A DNA stretch of 64,000 nt from contig OZ024749.1 of NCBI GenBank assembly GCA_964016885.1, positions 53,568,001 through 53,632,000 of the forward strand, written 5' to 3'. The notes below the pieces were generated by a model. That model was not told the DNA's origin, did not search any database, and saw nothing but the letters and a program-made list of their open reading frames with translations. This DNA is from Eledone cirrhosa (Eukaryota). The position numbers and the translations under genes are program-made. Shown here piece after piece: positions 12,334 through 25,300 of this stretch. How positions within the stretch are numbered: the first letter of the stretch is position 1; each line of letters begins with the position of its first letter.

Positions 12334-12610
12334 ACATTTTTTCACGCTCAGAGTTGCTGAAGCATGGAACAAACTACCTGCATCAGTTGTTAGCTGTCGA
12401 GACACTGCATCCTTTAAGGCCTCCATGCTTCCCGAGATTCGCCAACACTACACCTAATGTTCCCCCTCCATACACATACACACATGTATATCATGACTCA
12501 TACACTATTCACTTCCCTGACATTTGTGTATTTATGTACTATACATGCACCTTTGACGAGTTGTAGTGCACCTGAGCACTTTACACAATAATTTCATTAT
12601 TATTATTATA
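12334..12610 (+). mobile_element. CR1/L2-type LINE 3' end fragment
   Basis: Reads FFTLRVAEAWNKLPASVVSCRDTASFK (typical CR1/L2 ORF2 C-terminus), then a short UTR and (TTA)n tail. Confidence 0.7.
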
Positions 12611-13359
12611 TACCATTGTCAGTTATAACAATGAGTCTTCAAGTTGATCCAATCAGTGGAACTGCCTACTCATGAAATTAATGTGTAAGTGGCTTAACGT
12701 AGTTCTCAGGGAAATTCAGTATGACAATGGAATTACAAATACAACTAATTTTTTTTTTTGACAGCTGAGTTCACTGGAGCAAAGTGAAAGTCCCTTGCTG
12801 AAGGTTACAACATGCCACCATCTAGTTCTGGAAGTGAACTCATGACCTTATGTGTACAGGCCAAACACTTTAACTACTAAGTCGTGTGCTCTCAGGTCTC
12901 GAATAATCTCCCCCACCCGCTCTTATTCCATCTTTTGATGATAGACTAGTGTTTGAAATGTTAAAACTCTTTTCCTATTATTTCAAGCATTAAACTAATA
13001 TATTTCTTCATTGTAGTGTGTTTGCTTTGTTATTTCTGTTTACATTTTACATGTATGTGTTCCGTGTATGAGCATAAATATATATATATATATAGCCAAG
13101 GTTAAAATATAACTCTATTCTAGGGAGCTATATAGGAGAGTATATGATTGCCAAATACAAAGCTCAATGTGTTTATGTAGCTACAGGTGGAAGATATATA
13201 TATTTATATTGACCGTTAAATAATATTCTCATATCGAAATTTTGATTATATTTTAATGAAATCATAGCATCAAATTAAAAGTGAATTATATTTTATATTT
13301 GATGCCCTTTACAACAGCTGGAAGCTGACTTTTGTTTCAAAAGTCGTGCTTTTTCCATA

Positions 13360-13417
13360 ATGAATGATTGGAGACCGTTTGTATATGGTGGCTTGGCATC
13401 AGTTACAGCTGAGTGTG
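13360..13417 (+). CDS. SLC25A30: Mitochondrial carrier KMCP1/UCP5-like, coding exon 1
   Basis: ATG...MNDWRPFVYGGLASVTAEC G|gtaag; matches the SLC25A14/30 N-terminus WxPFVYGGLAS; vertebrate paralog naming approximate. Confidence 0.92.
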
Positions 13418-14503
13418 GTAAGTGTTACTTTGTCTCAATATAACTGAATCCCACTGAAACATAACCTTTCATTGTTTTTATTCTGAGTGACTGCTCTCCG
13501 AGACTGGTTGCCTACATTTCAGCCTACAGAGCCCTCGTGCCATCATATTTTATTTGGTGTGACAGTCCTCCTAGACTGGTTGCCTTCTCCATGGCTTATG
13601 GAAACCACTTCTACCCTTGCGGTCTTATTTTATTTAGAGTTGCTGCCCTCCATCATCTACATAATAAAAGTACCAAGTACACACTGTAAAGTGGTTGGTG
13701 TTAGGAAGGGCATCCAGCCATTGAAAGCTTGCCAAAGAAAGGATTGCAGGGACCCTTCAGTTTGTATCAAAAGACACAACTTCTCTGCTTTCGATAGAAC
13801 ATATAACTACCCTTCACCCCCATCAACCTGTCTGGGAGGTCAGAAGACCTGCTTCAATACTGACTTGGTCTATGTAGACCCATCCAACCCTTACTAGCAG
13901 GGAAAGCGGACATTAAACAACAATGATGATGATATATAATAAATGAGAATGGGGAAATCTGGATAGTAAACATCTACAAAAGTCTAAACTTCAGAAATAT
14001 CCCAGTTATCATCTCAATTATTTTAAATATGTGTCTAACCCATGCTAGCGTGGAAGATAGACGTTAAATGATGATGATGTGTAATACAATGTAGTAAAAG
14101 ATATTTTGCTTTCAGATTTAAAAATTTAATGGCTAATAATTATTTGACTTTATTGAATTTATTTTTTTTTTTTGGAACATTTGGTGTTGTTATTTAGTCC
14201 CAGGTCGACTCTGATCAAATTGATTTATAATCAAAGGCATTCCAACCATGACCATACCATCTATTTAGTAACATCTAAGACTATATTATCCATTAAGTGT
14301 GATTTAAAATATATTTGGCTGCTATTTCTAGCAGGTTGTGAAATCCCATAGATTCACCCGATGGAGTGTTATATGATTGTGTTGAAAATGTAGACAAAAC
14401 CTGTGGCTCTTTAATTGCAACTGCCAGGAAATTATGATGAGATAAATTATAAATGATTTATCAGATAAACTAGGTCAAGATTATACATCTATCTGTCTGT
14501 CTG

Positions 14504-14536
<33 letters not shown>

Positions 14537-14558
14537 GAAATCTTAGTCCAACTGAGTT

Positions 14559-14643
14559 TGTCTCCTGATGATTTCGAAACTCATTGATTTATCCAAGATC
14601 GGATATTTCCAAAAAGCGAATGAAACCTCCGGGGGTAGAGATA
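14559..14643 (+). ncRNA. Type-I hammerhead ribozyme (family B), in sense orientation in an SLC25 intron
   Basis: TGTCTC-CTGATGA(14565)-TTCG...CGAA stem II-GAAA(14622)-CCTCCGGGGG-TA-GAGATA; directly follows a (CT)n(TA)n tract. Confidence 0.62.
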
Positions 14644-15022
14644 TATTTGATGATTTTGGTATGTTTATGTACACTTTTTCTTCTAACTTTGATTTTGTAC
14701 CTAATTATGTATGGTTAACTGTGTGTCTAGTCAATTTCTACAGGCTATCAGAAATACTAGGTAAATTTTCTGTGGCTGTAAATCACGGATAAAAAGCTAT
14801 CATTTATTTATTTATTATTTCTTCATAGGTATATTTTAAACTTATAGCCTCGTTTAAATGATTTTTTGTATGGTTGATTATGCTGATTGGGAGAAGAAAT
14901 ACTGTATATATTTTATGTAATGATTCTATGGACTTACTTTCTTATATATATATATTCCTATACTTTCTCAAGAAGAGCAGTGTTTTTTTTCTTTTGTTAT
15001 TTCCTTTTAAAAAACAAAACAG

Positions 15023-15170
15023 GAACATTTCCAATTGACACAACAAAAACGCGTTTACAAGTGCAAGGACAAGTTATTGACGCCAGACTGACAGAATGCA
15101 GGTACCGCGGAATGTTTCATGCCTTTGTACGAATCTTTCAGGAAGAAGGACTGTTTGCCTTTTATTCAGG
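15023..15170 (+). CDS. SLC25A30: SLC25 carrier coding exon 2
   Basis: ag|...[16 protein letters not shown]...[23 protein letters not shown]|gttagt; carrier motif PxDxxKxR; phases fit. Confidence 0.94.
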
Positions 15171-16227
15171 GTTAGTAAATATCTATCAGTATTTAGTTGG
15201 AGATGTTTCAATGTTCCTGGTTTGGTCCTTAACCCTTTCATTATCATATTTCTAATCTAAACGCAGTTGCCTATGGTTTTAAAATGATAAAAAATTTTGC
15301 GGGATTTAGTAATGTAACTAATTTTCTTTAGATTAAGTTGATGTTTGGTACATCAAATTATGATAGGTTTTTAGATAACTATAAATATTTTAACACTTTT
15401 GTAACCATAACTAATTTTTTTCATTATTAAGTTGGTTTATGGAATATAACAAAGTTTCTTACACAGAATTATGATGGAAGGTTTTTAGATAAATATGCAC
15501 AATGTAAAACAAACACTTTTTTTTATCATATAACCAGCGGTGGCTTTGTGTGGTTTGGTATGAAAGGAGTTAACTATGATGAAAAGTACCCAAAGTCATA
15601 ACTAATGTAGTTTTAAAGATTGTTAGTTTTAAAAGGGTAGGATGTGATTCAAGGGAAATTTAGTTGCATATTTTTAACCAGTAGAGCACCATATAGAAGC
15701 TCCTTTGTTGACTTGATGTTTAACCCTAGGTCTCCTCTGATTCAATAGACATAACAAAGGTTGAGAGCATTTGAATGTGTCTCCCCCTACACAAACGTCT
15801 ATAATAGTAATAATAGTTGGCCCCGTGAGACAGAAGTCTCTGACCACATTTTTCTATCGTGACCATTGTCATCGTCACTGTTGTCGTCGTTACCTTGTCG
15901 CCATCACCGTTGTCATCGTCACTGTTGTTATCGTCACCTTGTCGTCATCACTGTTGCCGTGTCACCTTGTCGTCGAGAACTGAGTTTAGTTTGGTTTCTA
16001 CAGTTGGAATACTCTTCCTAATGCCAACCACATTTACAGTGAATACTGGGTGCCTTTTTGTTGTGACACCTACATAACCACTTTGCAGTTTGGGCTGGAG
16101 ACTTTGGTGGGAGAGGTGTGTGGGTATTGGGGAGGTTGATGTGAAGGGCGGAGTGTTATATATAATATATATATATATATGTTATATATATTTCCCTAAA
16201 GTCTGGTGTCTGTTTTGAACATTGCAG

Positions 16228-16322
16228 AATTGGCCCTGCTGTTTTACGACAAGCCACTTATGGAACAATCAAAATTGGAATTTACCAGTCAATGAAAAGA
16301 ATGTTTGTCTCAGACCCAATGG
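16228..16322 (+). CDS. SLC25A30: SLC25 carrier coding exon 3
   Basis: cag|[31 protein letters not shown]|gtaag. Confidence 0.93.
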
Positions 16323-16840
16323 GTAAGTTGTGTTTTATTTTCTGGGTTAGTCAGAAGGAGAAGGTAAGTGAGCATGACCCTTTCTTTGAAGGGTTTCTGA
16401 CATTCATTGGAAGAAGGATAGACAGGAACTTAGCCTCAAACTGGATATCTGAACCCAGGGTGGGGAAATTATCCTGAGATTGAATATCTGGCTGCAATGC
16501 TTACATCTGTTGATTCTATTAAAGGTAACCCAAGGTCTGGTGGTGATGTTAAACTGGGTGACCACTGTGGAGTTAACTAAAGGTAACCCAAGGTCTGGTG
16601 GTGAGGTTAAATTGGAGGGGGGGGGGCACAGGCTATTGTATAACACCAGTTTCAATTTGGAGGTGAAATTTATATTTCCTATTGTTTTTTTTTGTGTTTT
16701 GAAACATTTGGAAATTGGTAAAAAAAAATCATTATGTAATGGAGTTGTGATACAAAAACTATATTCTAAATGTGCCATTCCTATATTATTAAACCTGTTA
16801 TAAACTAATACCATTCCTATATTTTCTGTATTTACTTCAG

Positions 16841-16926
16841 ATGAGACAATGGTTGTGAATGTTTTCAGTGGTGTTATTGCTGGTATAATTTCTAGTTCCA
16901 TAGCTAATCCTACTGATGTTCTCAAA
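16841..16926 (+). CDS. SLC25A30: SLC25 carrier coding exon 4
   Basis: cag|[28 protein letters not shown]|gtaag. Confidence 0.93.
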
Positions 16927-16962
16927 GTAAGAATCCATTCATTTATTATATATATATATATA

Positions 16963-17104
16963 TATATAGAAATTACATGAATCAAAGTTCTGTTTAAATC
17001 ATTTATTTGCTTACAATTGTTTCTTCCAAAACGAGGTTTGGAAGAAACAATTGTAAGCAAATGAATGATTTAAACAGAACTTTGATTCATGTAATTTCTA
17101 TATA
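16963..17104. repeat. Near-perfect 68-bp inverted repeat (hairpin) with a 6-nt loop
   Basis: 16963-17030 is the reverse complement of 17037-17104 with one mismatch; loop ACGAGG. Confidence 0.92.
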
Positions 17105-17259
17105 ACTGCTCTGTAAAACAACTGATGTTGTTACATTGAGCTATTTATCTTACTGGTAATAAGATAGTAATAAATTACTGTCTTTCACTATTTAGGGTTT
17201 AAAATATATATAACTATAAAAGGTTTTAGTATATACATAACCATAAATAGTATCCTTAA

Positions 17260-17295
<36 letters not shown>

Positions 17296-17370
17296 TCATC
17301 ATCATCATTTAACGTCCACTTTCCATGTTAGAGGTGGTATTCTAACTAAAAATTATTTTACTAATTCAAG

Positions 17371-17466
17371 GTAAGGATGCAGGCTAAAACAGAAAAGCTA
17401 CAGACTTCAATGCTTAAGTCTTTTACACAAATTTACAAGAAAGAAGGTCTTCGAGGATTATGGAGG
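17371..17466 (+). CDS. SLC25A30: SLC25 carrier coding exon 5
   Basis: aag|VRMQAKTEKLQTSMLKSFTQIYKKEGLRGLWR|gtgagt. Confidence 0.92.
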
Positions 17467-18138
17467 GTGAGTCCTGGTTTATCTTTGGGTTTTGGGGGTG
17501 GGGGTCTTTTTGTTTAAGAATTTTTCCATTTTCCAAGATTGAGTCAGGAAAGAATTGCTGGACAGATTTTACAATAAAAAAGCAACCAACTGGAGACCCA
17601 GGGATAAATCTATCCCAAGCAAGATGGTTGGATAATATCCATAAGATTTGCTGGTCTTGCTTGGGTGAGAGGGATCCAGCCAGATCAACTAGAGATGGTT
17701 GTTTCTGACAGGACCCTCTGGAATGAGTGTTTGAGGACTTTGCTCCCCACGATCCTCCCAGGAATGTGGGAGAAGAAGTCCTTTACTTTACCATTCCAGA
17801 ATATCCTTATAAAGTCATTCTTTGAAGACAAACTTAAGCCTTTCGTGACTGATCATATTTTTAACAATATTGGTCTTTCCATTGCTGATACTATTTACCA
17901 GTTGTAAATCCTGGCAGAAAGATCAATATGAAATAAAGTGTCTTGCTGAAGGACATAACACATTGTCTGGTATGGGAATCAAACTCACAACCTCAAGATT
18001 GTAAATCCAATTCTCTAACCACTCAGCCACACGCCTTCACAACTCTTAGACAGCTTAATTTGGTATTTTTGTGAAAACTTTGATGACTTTTGTGTATTTT
18101 TGTCAGTAAAAAAAAATGTTGACCTTGAAATGTTGCAG

Positions 18139-18263
18139 GGAGTTGTTCCAACTGCTCAAAGAGCTGCTATTGTGGCTGGAGTAGAATTACCTGTTTATGA
18201 TATTACAAAGAAACATATCTTGAAGTCAGAATCTATGGAAGACCACGCAGGGACACACTTTGT
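18139..18263 (+). CDS. SLC25A30: SLC25 carrier coding exon 6
   Basis: cag|[41 protein letters not shown]|gtaag. Confidence 0.94.
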
Positions 18264-18284
18264 GTAAGTTTCATCAGCCTCACT

Positions 18285-18850
18285 ATTTTATGTCAGCTTG
18301 TCCATACATTGCATGGGTTGGACGGGTCTTTTCCAGCATAGCTTCCCTCCATTTGTTGCATTTCTTTGTCATCTCTGTGATGTGAGAGCAGTACTCACCA
18401 TCTCTGCCCAGGTCTTCCTTGTTTTTCCTCAACTGCAGCTTCCTTGGTACTTTTCCACCAGTGCAGTCTTCTCTCTTGCACACTACATCTGATTCCTCTT
18501 ATACACAGTTTTTTTCTCAGCCCATCCATGCTTGTCATTCATGGACATTTACATTGCACATCCATTGAAGCATGCTTACCTCATTTCTCTCCAGCTCTCA
18601 CATATCTTCTGCATTCACAGCCTATGTCTCACTACCATGCAGCATCACACATTGCACACAGGCGTCATACAGTCTGCCTTTCATTCGTAGAGAGAAGGTT
18701 TTTGCTGTGAACAGGCATTAGCTCCCTGAACATTTTCCATCCTGTTCTTATAGCCATTATGCTCCCTGAGCATCCTCCTCCACTGCTAATTAGATAATTT
18801 AGGTAGCAGAAGCTATCAACTACTTTTGTAGATCCTTTCTGAAATTGTAA
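18285..18850 (-). mobile_element. Decayed RTE-type LINE 3' fragment
   Basis: Minus strand resembles the FCYL/GGGCS...RTGWK...LHGSET region of the RTE copies at 39705-40925, with stops and frameshifts. Confidence 0.65.
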
Positions 18851-19075
18851 GTTTATTACTGTTTATAATGGCAATAGATAACTTTACTACATTATATTAC
18901 TGTTACTGTTGACTCTAGTGAAGTACTAACCTTCATATTGTGTAACTCTTTTACAGTTTACACCAACAGCTTAACCCTAACCCAAATAAATAATAACTTA
19001 ATCCTTTCGATACCAACTAACTTTACTTTTGGTATTTACAGTTGATTGTTATAATATTACTAGTTAGTATAATAG

Positions 19076-19469
19076 TGTAGCAAGAGTTGCTTCCCTTATC
19101 ACCAGTAGCGCTCTCTAGACAGAAAGTAGCTGGAGTTACTTCCCGTTGAGGTGGCAGAACCCCCTTTGTCACTTCCGTCCTGGAACCCTATAAAGGAAAG
19201 AGCTTTCAGCTCTCTCCCTCTCTTTTAACCTGCCAGGCTCGCGTTCACCGAGGCTATACTCTCTGGCAACCTGAACATGGTAATGTAAAGACCACTTGGT
19301 CTCTTGCGAGATGACTTCAAAATGGTAATACAAATAACTTTAATTCATTCTTTCATCAACTCTTTGCATGTCAACTATTCTACTCTACATAACTCAACCT
19401 TGTTAAATAAATATTGTACCAACAACCGAGTCTCCTGTTATATTCATACAACCCAGTAACCCTGTTATA
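19076..19469 (+). mobile_element. Probable solo LTR
   Basis: Starts TGTAGCA and ends TGTTATA (decayed TG...CA ends); 4-bp direct repeat ATAG on both sides; internal TATA-like cctataaa (about 19187) and AATAAA (about 19405). Confidence 0.5.
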
Positions 19470-19697
19470 ATAGTTATATTACTAGTTAGTAGACTAGTTA
19501 TAACATTACTGGTTAGTATAATAGTTAGTATACTGACTATAATTTCAGAGGTTTTTAAAGCTACTTTACTTTCCAAATTTGATGTTCTGTATTCATTGAT
19601 TCCTTTTGTTTATTTAATTTTATATTAATGAGAAAAATCTATTGTTTAAAATAAATATTTCCGACTGTTTTAAATGTAATTACTTTTAAATTGTTAG

Positions 19698-19758
19698 TGC
19701 CAGTTTTACAGCAGGACTTGCTGGTGCTATAACATCAAACCCTATCGATGTTGTTAAG
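19698..19758 (+). CDS. SLC25A30: SLC25 carrier coding exon 7
   Basis: tag|ASFTAGLAGAITSNPIDVVK|gtaag. Confidence 0.92.
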
Positions 19759-20673
19759 GTAAGTTTGATTATTAACCCTTTAATATTTATATTACTCTAT
19801 ATTTACTATTATATTTTCACGTCAGTATGAGTGGCCAGTTATGGCTGGTTTGAACAGAAAGAGGTGAGAGAATTCTGGCTGGATACAGCTGGTTTAAAAT
19901 TTGGCAAATGCCTTGAATAACTTCTGGTATATGAACTGTAGGGTCTCTGTTTTAAGGGCATTCTTCACTGACCCCATGTGTGTGGAATGTATGTTAGCAA
20001 TTCATTAGAGAGAAATTATTGCTTTCAGATTGTTGAAGTTTGAAGTGAGTGAAACTGCTAGCAGGAAAAAAAAAGAATGTTATAGCCTGCTACGACAAAA
20101 GGTACCAAGTCCACTCTGTAAAGTAGTTGTGCTGGTGCCTCGACAAAAAGCACCAAGTCCACCCTGTAGAATAGCTGCTGGTGCTATGACAAAAGGTACC
20201 CAGTCCACCTGTAAGGTGTTAGTGTTGGAATCAATAAAATGCTCGCAATAGTCACTATAAAGTGGTTGGTGTTAGGAAGGGCATCTAGCCTTAAAAACCA
20301 TGAACCCAGCCTACTCTGTAAAGTAGTAGTGTTAGTGCCACAATAAAAAGCACCCAGTACACCTTATAAGGCTATAGTGCTGCTGCCATGCCCAAAAGCA
20401 CACATGGTGGTAGTGCTACAGTCGTGATAAAATGCTTCCAGTACACACTGTAAAGTGGTTGGCATTGTGAAGAGCATCTAACCTTAGAAACCAAGCTCAA
20501 AACCTATTGGTGGGAGTCATACCATCATGGGAAAAGTAGCATTGGATAATGAAGATGGCCTAGAATAGAGTGAGTTTTGCGTCTGGTGGTATATTCTGAG
20601 GCGTGTTTTTTGCTGAAATAAAACAATTTTAATTGTATTTGTGCATTGCACATAATTATTTTGTATTTTTTAG

Positions 20674-20760
20674 ACCCGTTTGATGAATCAATGCGTTTTA
20701 AAGACAGCCAGTGGAACAACATCTGCCATATATACTTCTTCACTAGACTGCATTATACAA
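20674..20760 (+). CDS. SLC25A30: SLC25 carrier coding exon 8
   Basis: tag|TRLMNQCVLKTASGTTSAIYTSSLDCIIQ|gtaatt. Confidence 0.9.
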
Positions 20761-21585
20761 GTAATTCATTTTCTTAACCCTTTTGTTACCAACCCAGCCA
20801 AAACTGGCCCTGGTTATATGAAATAAAACCACCCATTTTAAAGGTTTCCTATATAAATCAAAATCTTCCAACATAATTTTATATAAGAATCTTATGTTAA
20901 GTTACTATCTTACTAATGACATAATTAATAATTTTAGTAAGTCCCTCAAAATTCTTCATTAATTAATTGAAACACAGTATTTCATTAGAAATGGAACCAT
21001 GAAAGGGTTAAATATTATTATTAGATGTTGATTTAAATAATGTTTTCAATTCTGACTTAACTGTATTTACTTCGACAGCCAAGGTTATGATATTTCTCTT
21101 TTTTATCAACTTTGATTTTAAAATAGAAACAAAAAATATTTTGATGTGAGGCAGAGAATTTCCAAAATAATGGTTTCTGATTCAAGCACGAGGTCAATAA
21201 TTGTTCTTTTGTGGGAGAAGTTCATTAAATTGACCCCAGTACATTACTGGTATTTTATTTTATCGAACCAGTAAAGATGAAAGGTAAAGCTAACCATGGC
21301 AGGAATTGAACTCAGAACATAAAGGGATGTAACTATATGCCACAAAGCATGGTGCCCTATGCTCTTCTGATTACTGCCAATCCACCGCCCAAGAATTTCC
21401 AAGATAATAAAAGCCCTGTTGTAACACTGAAAGGAGCTGAATTATTTGTGTAGGGAGGTAAATTCCCTATAAATTTGTTTACAATGATTGAAGGAAAAAC
21501 AGTGTAAGAGGAAATTATTATTTATTTTTTTACATATTTCATTATATTTTATTAATAATCCCTTATTCCAATATATATATTTCAG

Positions 21586-21666
21586 ACTGCAAAGACCGAA
21601 GGATTAATGGCTTTTTATAAAGGCTTTATCCCAACATGGATTAGACTTGGACCCTGGAATATTATT
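21586..21666 (+). CDS. SLC25A30: SLC25 carrier coding exon 9
   Basis: cag|[27 protein letters not shown]|gtatcctt. Confidence 0.94.
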
Positions 21667-22297
21667 GTATCCTTGAAGACAATGGTTAATAAAAGTGTAG
21701 AATATGTATCTTACTTTCTCAGTAATATAAACTGTCATACAATATCTGTGCTGTGTTCTAATTAATGAAAGCTGCTTTTTATGTCCATGTAAAAACACCC
21801 AGTACACACTGTAATGTGGTTGTTGGTGACACAACAAAAAGCACCCAGTACACCCTGTAATGTGGTTGTGTTGGTGACACAACAAAAAGCACCCAGTACA
21901 CCCTGTAATGTGGTTGTATTGGTGACATGACAAAAAGCACCCAGTACACCCTGTAATGTGCTAGTAGAGAAAGCAAATGTATGATGATGATGATGATGCA
22001 TAATTTAGGAAAGTAATCATATTGTTCTGGTAGCATTTCACTGCAAAGGAATATTACCACCACCATCATTGTTTTTTGTTGACTTTTCAATGCAGGCATT
22101 GGTTGGACAGGAATTTTTGAGGCAAGTTTCATAGCCAGATGCCCTTCCTGACACCAACCTTTTTAGTTTCTCCTTACAACATACAGGGATACAGTTTACC
22201 TATTCTAAACACATACTTGGCAAATGTTTGAAAGTTTATTTGTTTTTATGATTTGTATTGTATTTTTTTAATATAATTTTTCCTTAACTGTTTTTAG
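21667..22297 (+). other. U12-type (minor spliceosome) GT-AG intron
   Basis: 5' site GTATCCTT; branch site TTCCTTAAC at 22280-22288, 9 nt before the 3' splice site, without a long polypyrimidine tract. Confidence 0.88.
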
Positions 22298-22336
22298 TTT
22301 TTTCTAACATTTGAAAAACTGAAGAAAACCTACTAA
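22298..22336 (+). CDS. SLC25A30: SLC25 carrier coding exon 10 (stop)
   Basis: tag|FFLTFEKLKKTY*; joined CDS is 876 nt = 291 aa plus stop, in frame across all junctions. Confidence 0.9.
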   Translation, partial: FFLTFEKLKKTY

Positions 22337-25300
22337 TTAAACTAAATTTAGATGAAATAAAAAAAGGGCGGGGGGACTATGTTTGGCCTTCTGTATTCTT
22401 CACAGTTCTCTGAGTTTAAGACCATGATCCAAGATTATGATCAAACCAATATATCATCTCTATTTTCATTTTTATCTTTACATTAATATTTTTAGAATTT
22501 CTCAGTATTTCTGGAATCTGTCAAATAATATTTCTAGTACTTCTCAATTAATATTTTTAGAATTTCTCAAGAAACATTTCTAGAATCTGTTAATATTTCT
22601 ATAACTTCTCAAATAATATTTGTAGAATTTCTCAAATAACATTTCTAAAATCTGTTAAATAATATTTCTAGAATCTGTCAAATATTTCTGGAATCTCATA
22701 TTTTTGGAAATTGCATACTTTATTTTTTTTTTCAATTCTATTTTGTGGGTACCCCCCCCCCATTTATTCTGAACTGGAGCACTTTTTGCTTATTTGGGGG
22801 GTTTATTAAGATATTAAGACTGGAACTTTTTTGATGTTTTTTTTTGTTTTTCTTTTACTGTTTTTGATACTAAAGTCAAATGGTATAAATACTATCCAAT
22901 GTCCTTTACAACATGTAGGATAGAGGGATGGACTTGTTAAATAGGATTGAATTGCTGGGGAGCTTTTTAATAGACAACTTGATCAATTTTCTAAATAACA
23001 GTTTCTGATTTATGGGCAAGATCAACAACTTTGAGGGGAGGGGTAGGAAAAGTTGATTACATCGACCTCAGTGCATCACTGGTACTTTATTTTATTGATG
23101 GCGTAAGAAGTAAGGATGAAAGGCAAAGCTAACCTCAGTAAGAACTCAGAATATTATTATTATTATATAAATAGGATGGTGGGTTGGCAGAATCGGACAA
23201 AATGATTTGCTTTCTGAGTTCAAATCCTGCTAAAGTTAGCTTTGCCTTTCATCCTAGGGCTTGATAAAATAAAGTACCAATAATGCACTGGGGTTTCCCC
23301 TCCCCCACAAAAAGATTGTTAGATTTGTGCCTAAATCAGAACCCATTATATGATTAATTATAATAAAAAATTAAAAAATTCATTATTATTATTATTATTA
23401 TTATAATAAAGTAATACTGTACTGCTATATATTGTCTCCTTCCTCTCAACACATCAACCAACCTCAACCATCTCTTTTCTTAAACTTGAGAAAGCCATTA
23501 ATTCCAGTTGGGTGCCCACTCATTTCTAGCTACCTTGTATTGCTCTGACATTGGTGTGTTTCCATCCTAGATTAGTGGCACCCTTTATACTTCATCACCC
23601 TCCCTGGACATTCCCTCTCCCCACCTTCTTTCCTGGACCTTACCTCCCCTACCCTCCTCTCTGGACATTCCCAACTTCTCTTCACTATGGATGTTAAATC
23701 CTTTAAAATCCCCCCCCCCCATCCATAACAGTCTCTCTGTCATATAAAAATATAAAATCATTACTTCCCCCCATATACACACACTTAAATAATAACAGTC
23801 TGTCATTTAAGTTCTTCTTTGATCAACTGACACACCATACTCAAACCTGGCACCCTTACATGTTTTATCTTCACCTTAAACTTCTTCAGTGATTTCTATC
23901 TGCAGGTGAGCAGAGTAACCAAAAACGGGTCCCATTTCAACACTTTGTAAGTCACACTGGTTCCTCAGTTGTACGGCTGCAATGTTAATGTTTTTAATGT
24001 TGTCTCATTCACTAGAGATTGACTCATCAATTTCATCTCCTTTCTTAAACTTCCATCATCCACTGTCTCCAACACTTCCTTACCTTTACCATCTCTCTTG
24101 ATATCACCCTTTTCTCTCCTCCATATCTACTACCAACCCACACACATACCAAATCTCTCACCCTCTTCATACATCTGATTCTCTGATTCCACCACTTATG
24201 AAATAAGTTTTCACTGCTATCTTCTTATTAGAGACAGTCAGACAGAAAAGTTATCTATCTATCCATCTAATCATTGTCTGTCTACCTTCAACATTCTGTG
24301 ATATCAGGCAAATGTCCTTTACCCACAGCGTTACTTCAGTTCCTGCAATTTGTTGTTCCCCAAAAGTTACTGCCAGGTCTGTGACAACCTTATTCACTTT
24401 ATTATTGATAAGACTGATCAAAAATGTTAATTCTAGTGATTATATTGGCTTTTGAAAAATCAATCGTTTTGATAACACACATACACTCTCTCGACATCTC
24501 TTTCTCTCTAAATAAATGCATATTTTTTCTCACGTGCCTCCTTCCCCTTCTTTACTGTCTCACTGTTGTCGACACTGCTTTCAGCTCAACCCAAGCCACT
24601 TTTGTATTATAATATAGAAATATTCACAAAGAAAACAATATGGCTGTTAGTTTATCTTCCATTGTATATAATGAAGTTATTCTTAAGTAATTATGGAATT
24701 TTGCTCTAAAATTAATTATTCTTAGCTCCCTGCAATAAAGATAGCTTCAAAACTATTTTCTTAATTAACTACACCTCCAGTGTTCTTGACCCCCGGACCA
24801 TATCCCTACTCAGAGTGGAACTGGTTACCTACAGACGTCAGTCATCATTTGGAGTAGCTGTTCAGTTACATCTCTCTAATAAATGATAATTATTGACAGA
24901 GATAATTGTCTTGCTAAAGCTTGGTTTTTATATTTATTTCTTGCAATCATATATAAGGTTCAGCTGAAAAATTCAAAGGAGGCTGATTATGAAGGAGTTA
25001 TTATTTAATAACCATATATATCAGTCCACTGATCTTCACAGGGTATTTTGCATATGTGTGAAAGACCGGTCAACATGTGATAGCTCATTAGTGATTGCAT
25101 CCCAGTTGGAATTATCAAGATCCATGTTATCAAATGGTTGGGCTGGAGAGAGGTCATTGGGTTTAGCTTTTGGCTGGTGGAATCTCGGGTTACAGTATTT
25201 TCAACTGTAATATTATGTACAGTGTTAGTGCGGTTACTAAACACTAGGTCCAAGGGCACGTTGGGATAAGAAAAACTCATCCATAAACTTGAGAAGTGAC

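Noticed and set aside
16404-17060. 218-aa minus-strand ORF and other short ORFs (e.g. 1521-1790, 4834-5142, 13487-13897)
   Set aside because: No recognisable domain; they overlap repeats, introns or the antisense of real exons
20674-20760. Apparent frameshift in carrier exon 8
   Set aside because: A recount gives 87 nt in frame; no frameshift
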